Positions 19,604 to 30,976 of a DNA stretch of 64,000 nucleotides are shown here, one piece after another. Each line of letters starts with the position of its first letter. Positions within the stretch are counted from its first letter, which is position 1. This DNA is from Candidatus Poribacteria bacterium (GTDB lineage Bacteria > Poribacteria > WGA-4E > PCPOR2b): assembly GCA_965208325.1 (NCBI GenBank), contig OZ242326.1, positions 3,552,001-3,616,000 of the forward strand. Direction: 5' to 3'. The notes below the pieces were generated by a model that saw only the letters and a program-made list of their open reading frames with translations, had not been told where the DNA came from and made no database searches. Both the position numbers and the translations under genes were made by a program.

Positions 19604-20716
19604 TCAGTGACTCCGACCGATTGAAAAATAATACACCGATTGTCCTCGATCGATTCGTATTTGCTCCGAGGTATTGGCTTGAGGTTTAATCTGAGGCATG
19701 TAGGCAGCGTTGATATTCATCGTTCCCAGATTCATCCCCATTCCGACGGTCAATCCTTCCATTTTCCAAAGGCGGTATTCAACTTCAGTATCTTCTGTCT
19801 CAAGATTGAATATCGAACCAATCCGGTTTTCGGTATGGCGCAGATAGCCGATTCGACCTGCAATACGCCCACGATACCACACTTCTGCCCCGAAGCCGGT
19901 ACGGATGCCGTCTTCAAAGGGGGGATTGAGATCGAACGCAACGTGCACGGTGACATCTTTATGATGCCGCTGATAGGCTGCACCAAACAGCACATCACGG
20001 CGAATTTTATCTGGTATCGAATCATCAGAGAAGGACAAACCGTTGCTGAGATTTCTGACTAGAATCCCAAATCGGAATTCTTTACCAACTTGTTGTATCG
20101 CCCCCAAGTTGTAAGCGTATCCGTGTCCGATGTGTCCTCGGTACTCAGACTCATGTACTTTAGATCTAATCCACTTCGCGTCTCCGCCGATAAACAATTC
20201 ACCGATCAGGCGTTTTCCGTAACCAACTCCAATTGCTAGGTTATTCGCTGGGAAATTGTTTGTGGATTTGCCAAGGTGGTTGACACGGCTAAACTGCCCT
20301 TCATATTCAAAGGTGACATCAAAACCGACGACACCGCCGTTATCCATGGGCTCAATATAATTTATCGACTCAAACCCCGACGCGCGGAGGTCATACCGTC
20401 CATAATCTTCATGCCGTTCAACGTCATTCACTTTGGAAACCACCGCGACTGTGCGAGGGAATCTCGCGGCGTGGGCAACAAATCGATTGCCCTCAATTAA
20501 ACTAATTCCCGCCGGATTACCATTCAGCGCATTTGCACCTGTAATCGAACCGACAAAGCTGCCGCCCATGCCCTGATGCGGCGCTGCGGTTAACCTCCGC
20601 AGAAATACGTCGGCTGCAGATTGAGCTGCGCCATTCACATCTGCCGCGGATGCTAGGTTGAATGCGTCCAAAAGACAAAACGCCAGAATGAAAATGTTAA
20701 CCCGTTGGCATCTCAT
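19604..20716 (-). CDS. PorV/UPF0164-like outer-membrane beta-barrel protein
   Basis: Signal peptide; GMGGSF...NPAGI motif; alternating beta-strand pattern; C-terminal YFSIG. Confidence 0.6.
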   Translation of the reverse strand: MRCQRVNIFILAFCLLDAFNLASAADVNGAAQSAADVFLRRLTAAPHQGMGGSFVGSITGANALNGNPAGISLIEGNRFVAHAARFPRTVAVVSKVNDVERHEDYGRYDLRASGFESINYIEPMDNGGVVGFDVTFEYEGQFSRVNHLGKSTNNFPANNLAIGVGYGKRLIGELFIGGDAKWIRSKVHESEYRGHIGHGYAYNLGAIQQVGKEFRFGILVRNLSNGLSFSDDSIPDKIRRDVLFGAAYQRHHKDVTVHVAFDLNPPFEDGIRTGFGAEVWYRGRIAGRIGYLRHTENRIGSIFNLETEDTEVEYRLWKMEGLTVGMGMNLGTMNINAAYMPQIKPQANTSEQIRIDRGQSVYYFSIGRSH

Positions 20717-20973
20717 AACTATAGCAAAACCATAAATTTTTTATACACTGCGTTAGGTTCAGACTCCTAACCAATCCGGTATTTGTTCAATCCGCAGGCA
20801 CGGCTGGAAACCACGCCTACTTAGGTTAGAACTCTTATGTTAGGCGGTGTTTCCGACTGCTCTTATGCAGTGCGGATGATCGCCTCACCTACTGAAAAGT
20901 GTGTAGACTCTACGAATTAATCGAAGAGTTGTATTGTCAAATCGGCAGTTGTTTAATGGAATTCGTTATCAGA

Positions 20974-21405
20974 CTATTGCAATTCGCCCCAAAGGATGAC
21001 ATTAGCGACTGCGTAGTTGTCCGTATGTGCCAGCGTTACAAAGGTTTGGGACACACCCAGTGAATCTGCATGTTGACGTGCCCTACCGTTCAGGATTAAC
21101 TCCGGTTTGCCGAGTTCACCCGTGATGACTGACACATCGTGCCACCACATACCAGGCCTTAACCCGGTTCCAAGTGCCTTAAAGGCGGCCTCTTTCGCGG
21201 CAAATCTGGCAGCGAGCCTTTGATAGCGTATATCTGTGCCGCCGCAGTATTTTATTTCTTCCGGCGTGTAAATCCGCCCCTCAAATCGGTCTCCCCACCG
21301 CGAACTCGCGACTCTAATTCGTGAGACTTCAACGATGTCGATTCCCACGCCTCGAATCAATACAGGATTAGCGTAATTTGTGATGCTATTTAAAGCAGGC
21401 TTCAA
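20974..21405 (-). CDS. acpS: Holo-[acyl-carrier-protein] synthase
   Basis: GVGIDIVE, AARFAAKEAAFKALGTG, GKP, TLAH. Confidence 0.95.
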   Translation of the reverse strand: MKPALNSITNYANPVLIRGVGIDIVEVSRIRVASSRWGDRFEGRIYTPEEIKYCGGTDIRYQRLAARFAAKEAAFKALGTGLRPGMWWHDVSVITGELGKPELILNGRARQHADSLGVSQTFVTLAHTDNYAVANVILWGELQ

Positions 21406-21416
21406 ATTCTGGACCC

Positions 21417-22277
21417 TCAGGAAGAAATTGAATTTGCGCGGCGATAGATTGCGTCTGTCATTTGAGCAACTCGACGCATGGCTTTTACATTATGGACACG
21501 GACGACGTCTGCGCCTTGAGCAATTGCCCAAGCGACCGTAGCAGCGGTGCCTTCCATCCGGTCATTGACTGGAAGATCAAGTATTTTGCCAATGAAAGAT
21601 TTGTTGGAGGTACCAATTAGGATGGGCTTATTCAAGGGTTGAAAATCACGAAGCCGGCGTAAAATTTCCAAATTATGTTCAGTGGTTTTCCCAAATCCGA
21701 TGCCGGGATCAATTAAAATGCAATCCGGATGAATTCCATTTTTTTCTGCTTCCTCAATACGGTCTTGGAAGAATAGGCAAATCTCCGAGGTTACATTCTG
21801 GTAGGCGGGCGCGTGTTGCATTGTTCGAGGATTACCCTTCATGTGCATCAGGACTAATCCTGCGTGCATTTCGCTGACGACCGATGCCATGTCTGAATCG
21901 CCGTTTAGCGCCGAAATATCATTAACGATATGGGCTCCGGCTTGAAGCGTTAGGCGCGCGACATGCGCTTTGCAGGTGTCAATGGAAATGGGAACAGGGA
22001 TTTCGCTTGCGAGCGCTTCAACAACTGGCAGGATGCGGGCGAGCTCTTCATTGGCGGAAATTGATAATGCGCCCGGTCGAGACGATTCGCCGCCGATATC
22101 AATGATATCCGCCCCATCCTTAACCATGCTTTTGGCATGGGCAATAGCACTATCAACCTCAAAATAACGCCCGCTCTCTGAAAAGGAATCCGGCGTTACA
22201 TTCAACACGCCCATAATAAGCGTGCGTTGTCCAAATACGAGTTGCTTTCCGCGGCATTTCATAGATTGCAGCGCCAA
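21417..22277 (-). CDS. folP: Dihydropteroate synthase
   Basis: MGVLNVTPDSFS, DIGGESSRPG, IDPGIGFGK, VRVHNV. Confidence 0.97.
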   Translation of the reverse strand: MALQSMKCRGKQLVFGQRTLIMGVLNVTPDSFSESGRYFEVDSAIAHAKSMVKDGADIIDIGGESSRPGALSISANEELARILPVVEALASEIPVPISIDTCKAHVARLTLQAGAHIVNDISALNGDSDMASVVSEMHAGLVLMHMKGNPRTMQHAPAYQNVTSEICLFFQDRIEEAEKNGIHPDCILIDPGIGFGKTTEHNLEILRRLRDFQPLNKPILIGTSNKSFIGKILDLPVNDRMEGTAATVAWAIAQGADVVRVHNVKAMRRVAQMTDAIYRRANSISS

Positions 22278-22279
22278 TA

Positions 22280-24151
22280 TTAGGTAGTAGAAACCTGGTG
22301 GCGAGGCCCGAGAATTTCCTCAATTTCGTCGCCAATGAGCGTTTCCCTTTCTAACAGAGCATCCGCAAGTTTTTTCAGCCCGTCAAGATTCGTCTCGATG
22401 AGATGCTTGGCTTGATTATAGCAACCTGTGATGATGTGATGAACGGCTTGATCGATTTCAACGGCAGTTTTTTCGCTATAGTCTTTGTGGTGGGCGATTT
22501 CCTTGCCCAAAAAGACCTGTTCATCGCGCCTGCCGAAGGAAAGAGGTCCAAGTTCGCTCATTCCCCATTGCGTAACCATCTTACGCGCCAGATCCGTGGC
22601 TTGTTCGAAGTCATTTTGTGCGCCCGTGGTCAGCTCGCCAAAGATAAGTTCTTCAGCGACACGTCCGCCAAGCGCTGTGGTAATGCCGGCAATGAGATAT
22701 TTTTTGCTGAAGTTACGGCGCTCTTCGAGCGGCAAACCCACCGAGACACCGAGTGCTCTCCCTCGTGGAATAATGGTAGATTTATAATGAGGGTCGTTGT
22801 CCGGAATGATATGCCGCAACAACGTGTGCCCCGCCTCATGATAAGCCGTAACCTGTTTGTCATCTTCGCTAATGACTAGACTACGGCGTTCAGGCCCCAT
22901 CATGACTCGGTCTTTGGCTTCATCAAAACAGCTCATGTCAACTGCATCTTTATCTTCCTTGGCTGCAAGCAGTGCAGCCTCGTTCACCATGTTTGCGATG
23001 TCGGCGCCTGAGAAGTATGGCGTTGCCCGCGCCAATATTTCTAAGTTTACATCCTCACCGACCTTAATCGGCGATGCAGCGTGCACTTTGAAAATTTCTT
23101 CGCGCCCTTTGATATCGGGGAGATCGACGACAATCTGGCGATCAAAACGCCCAGGACGAAGTAAAGCAGGGTCTAACACATCCGGGCGGTTCGTCGCAGC
23201 AATGAGAATGACTCCTTCGGACGTATCGAAGCCGTCCATTTCGACGAGCAGTTGGTTCAAGGTCTGTTCGCGCTCATCGTGTCCACCGCCGATGCCAGCG
23301 CCGCGATGCCTGCCTACAGCGTCGAGTTCGTCAATAAAGATGATGCACGGCGCATTCTTTTTTCCAGTCTCGAAGAGGTCGCGCACGCGGGATGCACCGA
23401 CACCTACGAACATCTCAACGAAATCAGATCCGCTGATGCTATAGAACGGGACGTTTGCTTCTCCAGCAACTGCACGCGCAAGCAAGGTTTTTCCTGTCCC
23501 CGGCGGTCCCATTAACAAAACGCCCATGGGGATACGCCCGCCGAGCCGCTGAAATTTCTTCGAGTCCTTGAGGAATTCGATAACTTCTTCTAAGCCGTCC
23601 TTCGCCTCATCGCATCCTGCAACATCTGCGAATGTCCTCTTGGGTTGGTTTTCAGAGTGGAGCCGCGCGCGGCTTTTTCCGAACGATAAAGCCCGATTTC
23701 CGGTTCCTTGTACTTGCCTTGAAAGGAAAATCATAATCCCAATAAAAAGCATAATTGGCAGTATTGATGTTAAAGAGATCATGATCCATTGCGGCATCTG
23801 CGACGGCGGTTCAACGTTGTACGGTATGCCCTGCTCCATCAATTTCTTTTCAAGTGGATACTCCGAATATATGTCGCGATAAATTCTGAATTCCCCTTTT
23901 GGATTTGCTTTTAATGGTGGGTTGTTGTCTTGCATAGCCCGCTCATTGAGTTGACCTTTAATCCACTCCTTGCCAATCGTAATTTCGTCAAAATAAGTCC
24001 TGCCATCGCCGTTTTCGATGAGTTGATAGAATTCAGAGGTCTTCGGGTCATTTTTCACGTTATCAACGGGGTTGATAAGGCGCCACATTACAATGGTAAC
24101 GATGGATGCCATGATTAGCCAAACCACTATGTTTTTTGCATTTTTGTTCAC
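22280..24151 (-). CDS. ftsH: ATP-dependent zinc metalloprotease FtsH
   Basis: Two transmembrane helices; [35 protein letters not shown]. Confidence 0.98.
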   Translation of the reverse strand: MNKNAKNIVVWLIMASIVTIVMWRLINPVDNVKNDPKTSEFYQLIENGDGRTYFDEITIGKEWIKGQLNERAMQDNNPPLKANPKGEFRIYRDIYSEYPLEKKLMEQGIPYNVEPPSQMPQWIMISLTSILPIMLFIGIMIFLSRQVQGTGNRALSFGKSRARLHSENQPKRTFADVAGCDEAKDGLEEVIEFLKDSKKFQRLGGRIPMGVLLMGPPGTGKTLLARAVAGEANVPFYSISGSDFVEMFVGVGASRVRDLFETGKKNAPCIIFIDELDAVGRHRGAGIGGGHDEREQTLNQLLVEMDGFDTSEGVILIAATNRPDVLDPALLRPGRFDRQIVVDLPDIKGREEIFKVHAASPIKVGEDVNLEILARATPYFSGADIANMVNEAALLAAKEDKDAVDMSCFDEAKDRVMMGPERRSLVISEDDKQVTAYHEAGHTLLRHIIPDNDPHYKSTIIPRGRALGVSVGLPLEERRNFSKKYLIAGITTALGGRVAEELIFGELTTGAQNDFEQATDLARKMVTQWGMSELGPLSFGRRDEQVFLGKEIAHHKDYSEKTAVEIDQAVHHIITGCYNQAKHLIETNLDGLKKLADALLERETLIGDEIEEILGPRHQVSTT

Positions 24152-24467
24152 AACACATGAACCTTTCTTTTTAGTTCATCGGCAGAACGAGCTAAAAACA
24201 GCTTTAAATTGCAGGGTGCGACAGTTCTTTTACGCCACCATCCGGCATTGAGCCGAAGTCGGATAAAGCAGTCAGAAAAAGTATACCAAATCCTTTTTGA
24301 AATATCAATGGAAATTAGAGTATCCGCGAGTATGCTACGCTGGGCAACGGATTAAGCGCAGCTGCGGTCTTATAGCCGCTGAGCGCACCTAACTCCATAT
24401 GATTAGTTAGGACACTGAGCCGTTAAAGAAGGTTTATGCGGTTTCAACTTATTGGGACGATTCTGTG

Positions 24468-24788
24468 TTATTGGAGAACGGACTTGGGAGTCGCTTGTAG
24501 ACGTGTGATTACACTTCGCTCTCGATCAATCATGTTCGGAACATGGGGGTTAATTTCGTTTTTCCAGTAGTCGCTTTCGTAGACTGCTTGATACAGCTGC
24601 TGCCGCTCCTCTTCACTCTCGAAACGGCGAATCCAGACGAACAAATCGTCTTCTTCCAGCCCAACAAAACTCCCTAATACTACCATTCCCTGCGAGATTT
24701 GGAACGGGATAATCTTTTCTTCCATAAACTTCACCCAATTATCACGTTGACCGAGTTTTGTACGATACTGACGCAGTTCAAGAAACAT
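24468..24788 (-). CDS. NIPSNAP family protein
   Basis: ELRQY, FVWIRRFES, L..TP.S.L; typical size. Confidence 0.85.
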   Translation of the reverse strand: MFLELRQYRTKLGQRDNWVKFMEEKIIPFQISQGMVVLGSFVGLEEDDLFVWIRRFESEEERQQLYQAVYESDYWKNEINPHVPNMIDRERSVITRLQATPKSVLQ

Positions 24789-25282
24789 GTCAATCTCCTT
24801 TGTATTTTCAAAATGTTAACGCTTGCGTACGATGAATCAAATGACATCATTGTACATCTGCCTTTTGTCCCTGTGCATCTTTTTGGATTAGGATTCTTGG
24901 GAGAATTACCTGGATAACACCACTAATCCACATTTACGGCCGGAAATTCAGAGGTATCGCCGCAGTAAATTCTACCATACATCCGTCTTGTGGTGTAGAT
25001 GATTGGTTCGCACCGCGTACGAAAAACTCCGACGCACGTTCATGCCAGTCTCCGTCTTCAGGCGTTCGGTGTGTGTACGCCGCAATGGATACGATCCTCC
25101 GGAGACGAAGCGCGCAAAGAGAAATGTGCTTGAAACTTTGCCGATTTTCAGATAATATTGACGAATTAGAGAGTATTTAAATTAACATCATTTGGAGGCA
25201 GTTCATCCGCCTCCTTGCATAATGAGGCTCACAGCAGTAGGCGAAATCAAGCGCCACCGGAGATTCCTCAAGGAATAGTTGG

Positions 25283-25777
25283 ATGCCGATTTACGAATTT
25301 TATTGCAAAGCATGTCATACGGTCTATCAATTCTTCTCCAGAACGGTTAACACAGAGAAAAAGCCGGGTTGCCCGAGATGCAAAAACACCGAGTTAAAGC
25401 GCAACGTGTCGAAGTTCGCCACAATTTCCGTTAGGAACGGCGAAGGCGGCGATGGCGCAAATTTGTCGCAGATGGACGAAGCAAAAATGGAGAAAGCCAT
25501 GGCGATGCTTGCCAGCGAAGCGGATAACATCAACGAAGATGACCCGCTCCAAGCAGCCGACCTGATGCGAAAGCTCTCCGATGCAACCGGACTGGACATG
25601 GGATCGGGGATGGAAGAAGCCCTGAGCCGCCTTGAGCAGGGAGAAGATCCCGCCAAGATTGAAGAAGAGATGGGCGATTTGCTCGGAGCGGATGAACCGA
25701 AATTGTTAGAAGCACGCTGGAGGAAGGGCAGCAGCGAATCTAAGCCGGATGTCGATGAGACACTCTATGAGCTATGA
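25283..25777 (+). CDS. FmdB-family zinc-ribbon protein
   Basis: MPIYEFYCKAC...CPRC followed by an acidic helical C-terminal region. Confidence 0.85.
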   Translation: MPIYEFYCKACHTVYQFFSRTVNTEKKPGCPRCKNTELKRNVSKFATISVRNGEGGDGANLSQMDEAKMEKAMAMLASEADNINEDDPLQAADLMRKLSDATGLDMGSGMEEALSRLEQGEDPAKIEEEMGDLLGADEPKLLEARWRKGSSESKPDVDETLYEL

Positions 25778-25911
25778 GCGGAAGAACGTGGATGGCGTTG
25801 ACATATCGCTCATGATTTGCTAGAATCGAATTCTGACGTTCGACACATTGGAAACAAGAGTTGATGCCTTAAACTCAGGCGAACATATTCATACCAAGGT
25901 GTAAAAGCAAA

Positions 25912-26238
25912 ATGAAGAAAATTCAGCTCCGAGAAATCTGCCATTCTAGGTCCGGCGACAAAGGCGATACAGGAAACATCGGACTCATCGTTTATGACAA
26001 AAAACATTACGAATTGATTAAGCGGGAAGTCACTGCGGAACGCGTCAAGGATTTCTTTAAGGGAAGTGTCAAAGGAGACGTGGAACGATACGAGTTGCCG
26101 CGAATGGGAGCGCTCAACTTCGTGCTCTATAATGCGCTGGATGGCGGCGCCACCCGCACGCTAACAATGGATGCCTATGGCAAGGTATTGAGTTCCGCTC
26201 TGCTGGCGCTAGAGATTCAAGTGCCCGATGACTTTTAG
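25912..26238 (+). CDS. AtuA-related (acyclic terpene utilisation C-terminal-like) protein
   Basis: HSRSGDKGD, VERYELP, ALNFVL, LDGG...D.YGK. Confidence 0.8.
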   Translation: MKKIQLREICHSRSGDKGDTGNIGLIVYDKKHYELIKREVTAERVKDFFKGSVKGDVERYELPRMGALNFVLYNALDGGATRTLTMDAYGKVLSSALLALEIQVPDDF

Positions 26239-26497
26239 ATTTACGTTGTTCGAATTGGCAAACGCGGCGAAAACGCGAGTGGGAAAGCACTAGTAGAAAC
26301 GGTGTAAATGACGGGAAGACATTTCACAGTTTTCACAGTAAATTGAAACGAATCGGACATCGGATTGAAGTTCGGGAGGCGTTAAACGCAGTCTGGGACT
26401 GGCTCTCAATCTGTTATTTTCCGAGAATCGGATATGCTAACTGTGAAACTCCGACGATTCTCGGAGCAAGGAAAATTCAATGCTGGCACAAGTCTTC

Positions 26498-26766
26498 GTA
26501 GGGTGGGTCGATTGGTGCGGGTGAATCACGTAAATTGTAAAAATGGGATTCGATTGATTGAATGCGTTCGTGAATATTCACGTGTAACGTAACCCTACGC
26601 TATTTGTCGTTTCGATGTTTGTATTGGCGTGATTCACCGAATGGTCATTTCGGAGATTTAAAAACGTTGGGTTTCCCACATGCTTTTTGAATGTGAAGCG
26701 GTATCGCCTTACGGAGATGAATTGGAATTCGAGGCGTCTTCATTGAATCCGGTCTCCCCAACCTAC
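26498..26766. repeat. REPIN-like inverted pair of about 102 bp GTAG-REP-like elements
   Basis: 26498-26599 (GTAGGGTGGG...AACCCTACG) faces 26665-26766 (CGTTGGGTTT...CCCCAACCTAC). Confidence 0.65.
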
Positions 26767-26943
26767 AAGTAATTGCCGCCCATTCAGATTTGAAGCGGGA
26801 ACTTAGGTTGGGAGACCCAGCCCCTACGAGCGTTGGTGTATCTGTGCGCTGCACTTGATTGTCGGGTTTCAATGATGAGTCAGCAGAACCTACCAGTTTG
26901 AAAAGCGTTGGGTTTGGTGTCAACTAAGTTGAAAGGAACGCCA

Positions 26944-27450
26944 ATGGGTATTAGGACATATTTTGCGTATGGTTCCAACATGTCTTTGAAGAGAATCAAA
27001 AAAAGGGTACCGTCCGCCAAGCCGATTGGAGCGGGAATACTCCGTTGCCACCGTCTTGAATTTCACAAGAAGAGTAAGGATAAATCCGGCAAGTGCGATA
27101 TTGTACTTTCATCAGCGGCTGATGTGGTATGGGGACGCGTGTTTCACATTAATAGTAAGGAGAAGGAAACCCTTGATTGTTATGAGGGATTGGGACGCGG
27201 GTATTTTGAGAAATACGTTACAGTCGAATTGGATTGTGGTTCTACCGTCCGTGCTGTAACTTACTATGCTAATCCCAAGAAAACAAAGCTAGGTCTAAAG
27301 CCTTATGCTTGGTACAAGAGGCATGTCTTGAAGGGGGTAAAGGAAGCGCATCTTCCTCCAGAATATATCAAGCGTATAAAAGCAATATACGCGAAGGAAG
27401 ACCGTTGCAAGGAGCGGGCGGCGAGAGAGCTTAAGATATACTGCTGCTGA
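26944..27450 (+). CDS. Gamma-glutamylcyclotransferase (GGCT/AIG2-like), copy 1
   Basis: YFAYGSNM, VWG, LDCYEG, P..WY; ends YCC. Confidence 0.9.
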   Translation: MGIRTYFAYGSNMSLKRIKKRVPSAKPIGAGILRCHRLEFHKKSKDKSGKCDIVLSSAADVVWGRVFHINSKEKETLDCYEGLGRGYFEKYVTVELDCGSTVRAVTYYANPKKTKLGLKPYAWYKRHVLKGVKEAHLPPEYIKRIKAIYAKEDRCKERAARELKIYCC

Positions 27451-27507
27451 ACACTTGTAAGGTGAGTTGAAGCATTGTAGGGATTATGTTTAGGGTAGAT
27501 TGAAAAG

Positions 27508-27611
27508 CGATGGGTTTCGCTGCATTCTTATTGAATTTGAAGCGGTATCGCCTTACGGGGATAAATTAGATATCGAAGCGACTTTCATTGAATCCGCTTA
27601 ACCCAACCTAC
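27508..27611. repeat. About 104 bp REP-like element, direct repeat of 26665-26766
   Basis: Shares TGAAGCGGTATCGCCTTACGG, TTCATTGAATCCG and CCCAACCTAC with 26665-26766. Confidence 0.8.
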
Positions 27612-27786
27612 AAGAACTTCTACAAGAACATGAAGACTTGAAGACCATCGCCCTCACTATTCGTTCGGTTGATCCGTCTCCCACGGAGGACGTTCTTGCT
27701 TGTTCATTCAATCATCGTTCCCCAACTTGCCGAGGAGGGGTTAGAGGAGGTCGTAAGTTGAGATTCGCCGTTGACGCAGCCCCAAC

Positions 27787-30700
27787 CTACATTCGCTTAT
27801 ATTCCGTCTCTAGCCTGATATTGCTAGGAGGTTTGTCGACAATGATGGTGTCTTTTAGGAATGCGTCCCAAGTCTGGCCGTTTAGCTTTACACAGCGCAA
27901 GCCCTTACCGCTGGGGCCGCGGACGTGTATCAGTAACCGACTGGGTTTGCGCTGGGGGCACAGTTGGACATCACCTCGAATCGTCGTCTGATTCGGGTCT
28001 GCGGAAAAATGATAGGTCACCCGTCCAAAGTGGCTCGGTGCGTTTTCCACGCCGATGGGTTCGGGTTGTGCGAGCCACTTACGCGGTGTGGCTGGGGCAA
28101 TATGGAGAATCTCCTCTTCGTCTTCAAGCAGCATCAGGTTGCGCAAGAAATGGATGTAGTTGGAGCAGGCTTCTGAATGCGGCGAATCGCCGCCACCCTT
28201 AATCCCTCGTCTCGGCGGAGTGAACTCGGAATACTTGACGTTGAGACTTTGTACCTCGCTCCAGTCGTGCGTGGTCGAGCCGTTGGCTAAAAAGGCGTAG
28301 AACAAATTGGCTGCACGATCCGGCTCGCCGCGATGAATATAGCCCAACGCCAGATCGACAAAGATATAGGGCCAAACCATTAACCCGCCGGTGGTGTTTC
28401 CGAGATATTCTCGAAACCGAAAGAAAGCGTCCATAAGCGGGTCGTGCGGTCCCATCACGCGGGAAGGATGGACGAGAATTCCGCCGAAAGCGGTTTCGAA
28501 GGTGCCCTCCTTTTGCGCTTCGCCGATTGCAACATTTGTGGGGATGGTGCCCGAAAAGTCGTTAAAGCGGACAAAACTCATTTCGATGGATCGATGAAGC
28601 GCCCGCTTCAGGTCTTCCGCTTGTTCCGCGTAGTAGGAAGCGTCTTGAGCCTTGTTCAACGTCCCCGCAGCTTTAGCCAACAACCGCAAACCCAGATATG
28701 CGAACGCATTGACGTAGAAACAGTGTCCGCCGCCGCCGCCTTCGCCGGACGATGGCGGCAGTAGTCCATATTCCGGCCTCTCAGGTTGGTTCAGGCGGTG
28801 GCATTCCGCTTCTCTCATGCGGATAACCCAATCTGCGCCGCGAGTGAGGGAGCGATAGTTTTGCGCAAGCCATTCGTTATCTCCGCTCAAAAGCCAGTAC
28901 TCAAGCGCGCACCATAGCGTTTGGCCTTGTGCATCGAACTGACGAGTCCGCGTCACCCAAATGCCGTCACGGCTAGGGTCGCCCGTACCCCACTGTCCTA
29001 GCGTCCATCGGGTTCGAGGGAGCTCCTCCCGCGGCGTTAGTACGGTTTGAACCAGGGCGCGGTGTTCATCGAGAAATCCGGCATATCCCATCGCAATATT
29101 TTGGTAAGCGCAGTCTCTTATAGTGTGATCCCAGTAATAGAAAGGGCCGCACATCATGAGCGGCAAATCCTTTTTGCCGAGATACGTTTGATGGAGAACT
29201 AATGTTGCAAGGTGGTGGCGATATGTGGCTTCAATGACCGGTTCCGGGGTTATGAATCGGGTTGAAGACGCAATGAAGCCGTTCCAATAGGATGAAACTC
29301 GGTCCAATGCCTCTTCCCAACGAATGTTTCGGGCGCTCTTTTCTTGTTCAAGCCAGAGTGTTATGGGTTTGGGGCCGTAGATTGCGTATTCGCCCGGGTT
29401 GCGATCAGGCGGCACATCTTCGCCATAGTCCGCCGGGTTATCGGGGTAGCGCGGTTCAAGATGCACGCGCCAACTTTCGCCAGTGTCATACGGGTGATAG
29501 GGATTACCGTAAGGCGCCGGTTCCGGACGGTCGATTGCCGGGACTCGCAATAGGTATTGGCGCTCTTCACCGGGCTGCAACGTGGGCGCATAGTGTAAGC
29601 GTTGGGAAAACGCAGTGAGGTCGACACCGAACGAATCGCGCAATCCCGAAATTCCATCGTTGAAATCACGGCCAACGTCCATCTCGTAGCGAAGCAGCGC
29701 ACCTATCATTTCTTGCGCGTCGGCATCCGACTTCACTTCGCGCAGGAACGCCCCGGGGCCGCCCGCGTGGTGTTCCGAATCGATGATATATTCGCCAATA
29801 GTTCCATCAACGTCAGCCTCAATCACGTCGGGTGTGAGTTCGACATCCGTTTTGTAGGCGCGAATCCAACTGAGCATGGCGGGCTGACGCGACTCTGGCG
29901 TCGATCGAACCGAAATTTTGATGTATCCATCTCCGTCCGTATCTTCTCCGACGAACCGCTGAACAACGTGTTTCAACCGTTCTAATTTAAGTTTTTGCGG
30001 GTTCGGATCGCCCTCGACTGACGCGATTATCTCTCTGGGCAATGGGGTATGCAGGTCACGGATGTCCGGTTCCATCTTATCGTAGGGTTCATCCCAATTG
30101 GGGGTAGTGATGTTCGGGACGCCGCTGTAGCCGAGAAACACTTGAAGTTTCTCGCCATTGTCAACCTTCATCACGTATTCGATCGGGGTGCCGTACCATC
30201 CGTTCCGGTGCCGCAGCCATATTGTGGTTCGCGGAGCATCGTGCTCCCAGGGTGCGGCGGGCGTGGCGCGGGGATCGACGCAGCCGATCGGGCGTGCGAT
30301 TCGCTCGGTTGACACGACAGGATCCATTATCACCATCGGCTTGCCCCGATCGGAGATAAGGCCGCCGTCAGGCTGCAGGGAGGGCGCGCCGTCGAGCGTC
30401 ACAATTAGTTTTCCTTTTTGCGGTTCGCTTGCTGTGTTCCTGAGCGAAATAGCGTAGAGGTCGAACGGCTGCGGGTCATTTGGAACCACAATGACGGAAA
30501 CGCTGTAATGCACCCCTTGATGGTCCCATTGGTTAATACAGCCCGGCATCCAGCCGCCGGGGGATTCCTGTTTGAAATTGTCGAGGACGTAGGGGAGAAC
30601 CTCTGTTCCGTCATCCGATAACAAGCCGAAACGCAGGTCAAATTCGCTATACCGGGCTCGCATCAAGTAACTGAATGGCAACGGAACGGTGCCGGGAATT

Positions 30701-30873
30701 CCAATCGTGGTTTGGTTGTTGATTGGTGCGTGGCGTCCGAGATTCGCCTCGTAGAAGGTCGTCTGATAATCGAGGGGTTGGTAACCAAACCGCTCTCTCT
30801 GCGCATCGTTGGGCGGCGGCGAAACACGAGTTCCCCAAGTTTCGCCAGTATCGACGTTTTTTTCATGTTCCAT
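27787..30873 (-). CDS. Large glycoside-hydrolase-like protein with a C-terminal (alpha/alpha)6 barrel
   Basis: IRDCAY, QFDAQGQTLW, YGLLP...EG, H.EACSNYIHFLRNL..., NAPSHFG pattern of six-hairpin glycosidases. Confidence 0.6.
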   Translation of the reverse strand: MEHEKNVDTGETWGTRVSPPPNDAQRERFGYQPLDYQTTFYEANLGRHAPINNQTTIGIPGTVPLPFSYLMRARYSEFDLRFGLLSDDGTEVLPYVLDNFKQESPGGWMPGCINQWDHQGVHYSVSVIVVPNDPQPFDLYAISLRNTASEPQKGKLIVTLDGAPSLQPDGGLISDRGKPMVIMDPVVSTERIARPIGCVDPRATPAAPWEHDAPRTTIWLRHRNGWYGTPIEYVMKVDNGEKLQVFLGYSGVPNITTPNWDEPYDKMEPDIRDLHTPLPREIIASVEGDPNPQKLKLERLKHVVQRFVGEDTDGDGYIKISVRSTPESRQPAMLSWIRAYKTDVELTPDVIEADVDGTIGEYIIDSEHHAGGPGAFLREVKSDADAQEMIGALLRYEMDVGRDFNDGISGLRDSFGVDLTAFSQRLHYAPTLQPGEERQYLLRVPAIDRPEPAPYGNPYHPYDTGESWRVHLEPRYPDNPADYGEDVPPDRNPGEYAIYGPKPITLWLEQEKSARNIRWEEALDRVSSYWNGFIASSTRFITPEPVIEATYRHHLATLVLHQTYLGKKDLPLMMCGPFYYWDHTIRDCAYQNIAMGYAGFLDEHRALVQTVLTPREELPRTRWTLGQWGTGDPSRDGIWVTRTRQFDAQGQTLWCALEYWLLSGDNEWLAQNYRSLTRGADWVIRMREAECHRLNQPERPEYGLLPPSSGEGGGGGHCFYVNAFAYLGLRLLAKAAGTLNKAQDASYYAEQAEDLKRALHRSIEMSFVRFNDFSGTIPTNVAIGEAQKEGTFETAFGGILVHPSRVMGPHDPLMDAFFRFREYLGNTTGGLMVWPYIFVDLALGYIHRGEPDRAANLFYAFLANGSTTHDWSEVQSLNVKYSEFTPPRRGIKGGGDSPHSEACSNYIHFLRNLMLLEDEEEILHIAPATPRKWLAQPEPIGVENAPSHFGRVTYHFSADPNQTTIRGDVQLCPQRKPSRLLIHVRGPSGKGLRCVKLNGQTWDAFLKDTIIVDKPPSNIRLETEYKRM

Positions 30874-30976
30874 ATTTTGTCCTCGCTTGGTTGGGGGGTA
30901 GGGATTCGCTACAGATGTATTGGATTTCTATCGCAGTGACTAGAACACTATCGCCTTCGCCATTCGCTCAGTAGAT

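Noticed and set aside
22857..23444. 195 aa plus-strand ORF and similar antisense ORFs across the window
   Set aside because: Shadow frames of well-supported genes such as ftsH.
25033..25115. Hammerhead ribozyme (CTGAAGA on the minus strand)
   Set aside because: The required GAAA core is missing at the matching junction (it reads GAGG).
26665..27611. Integron attC sites around the GGCT gene
   Set aside because: GTTGGGT precedes ACCCAAC within each element, the reverse of attC order; the ends match GTAG-REPs; no integrase is present.
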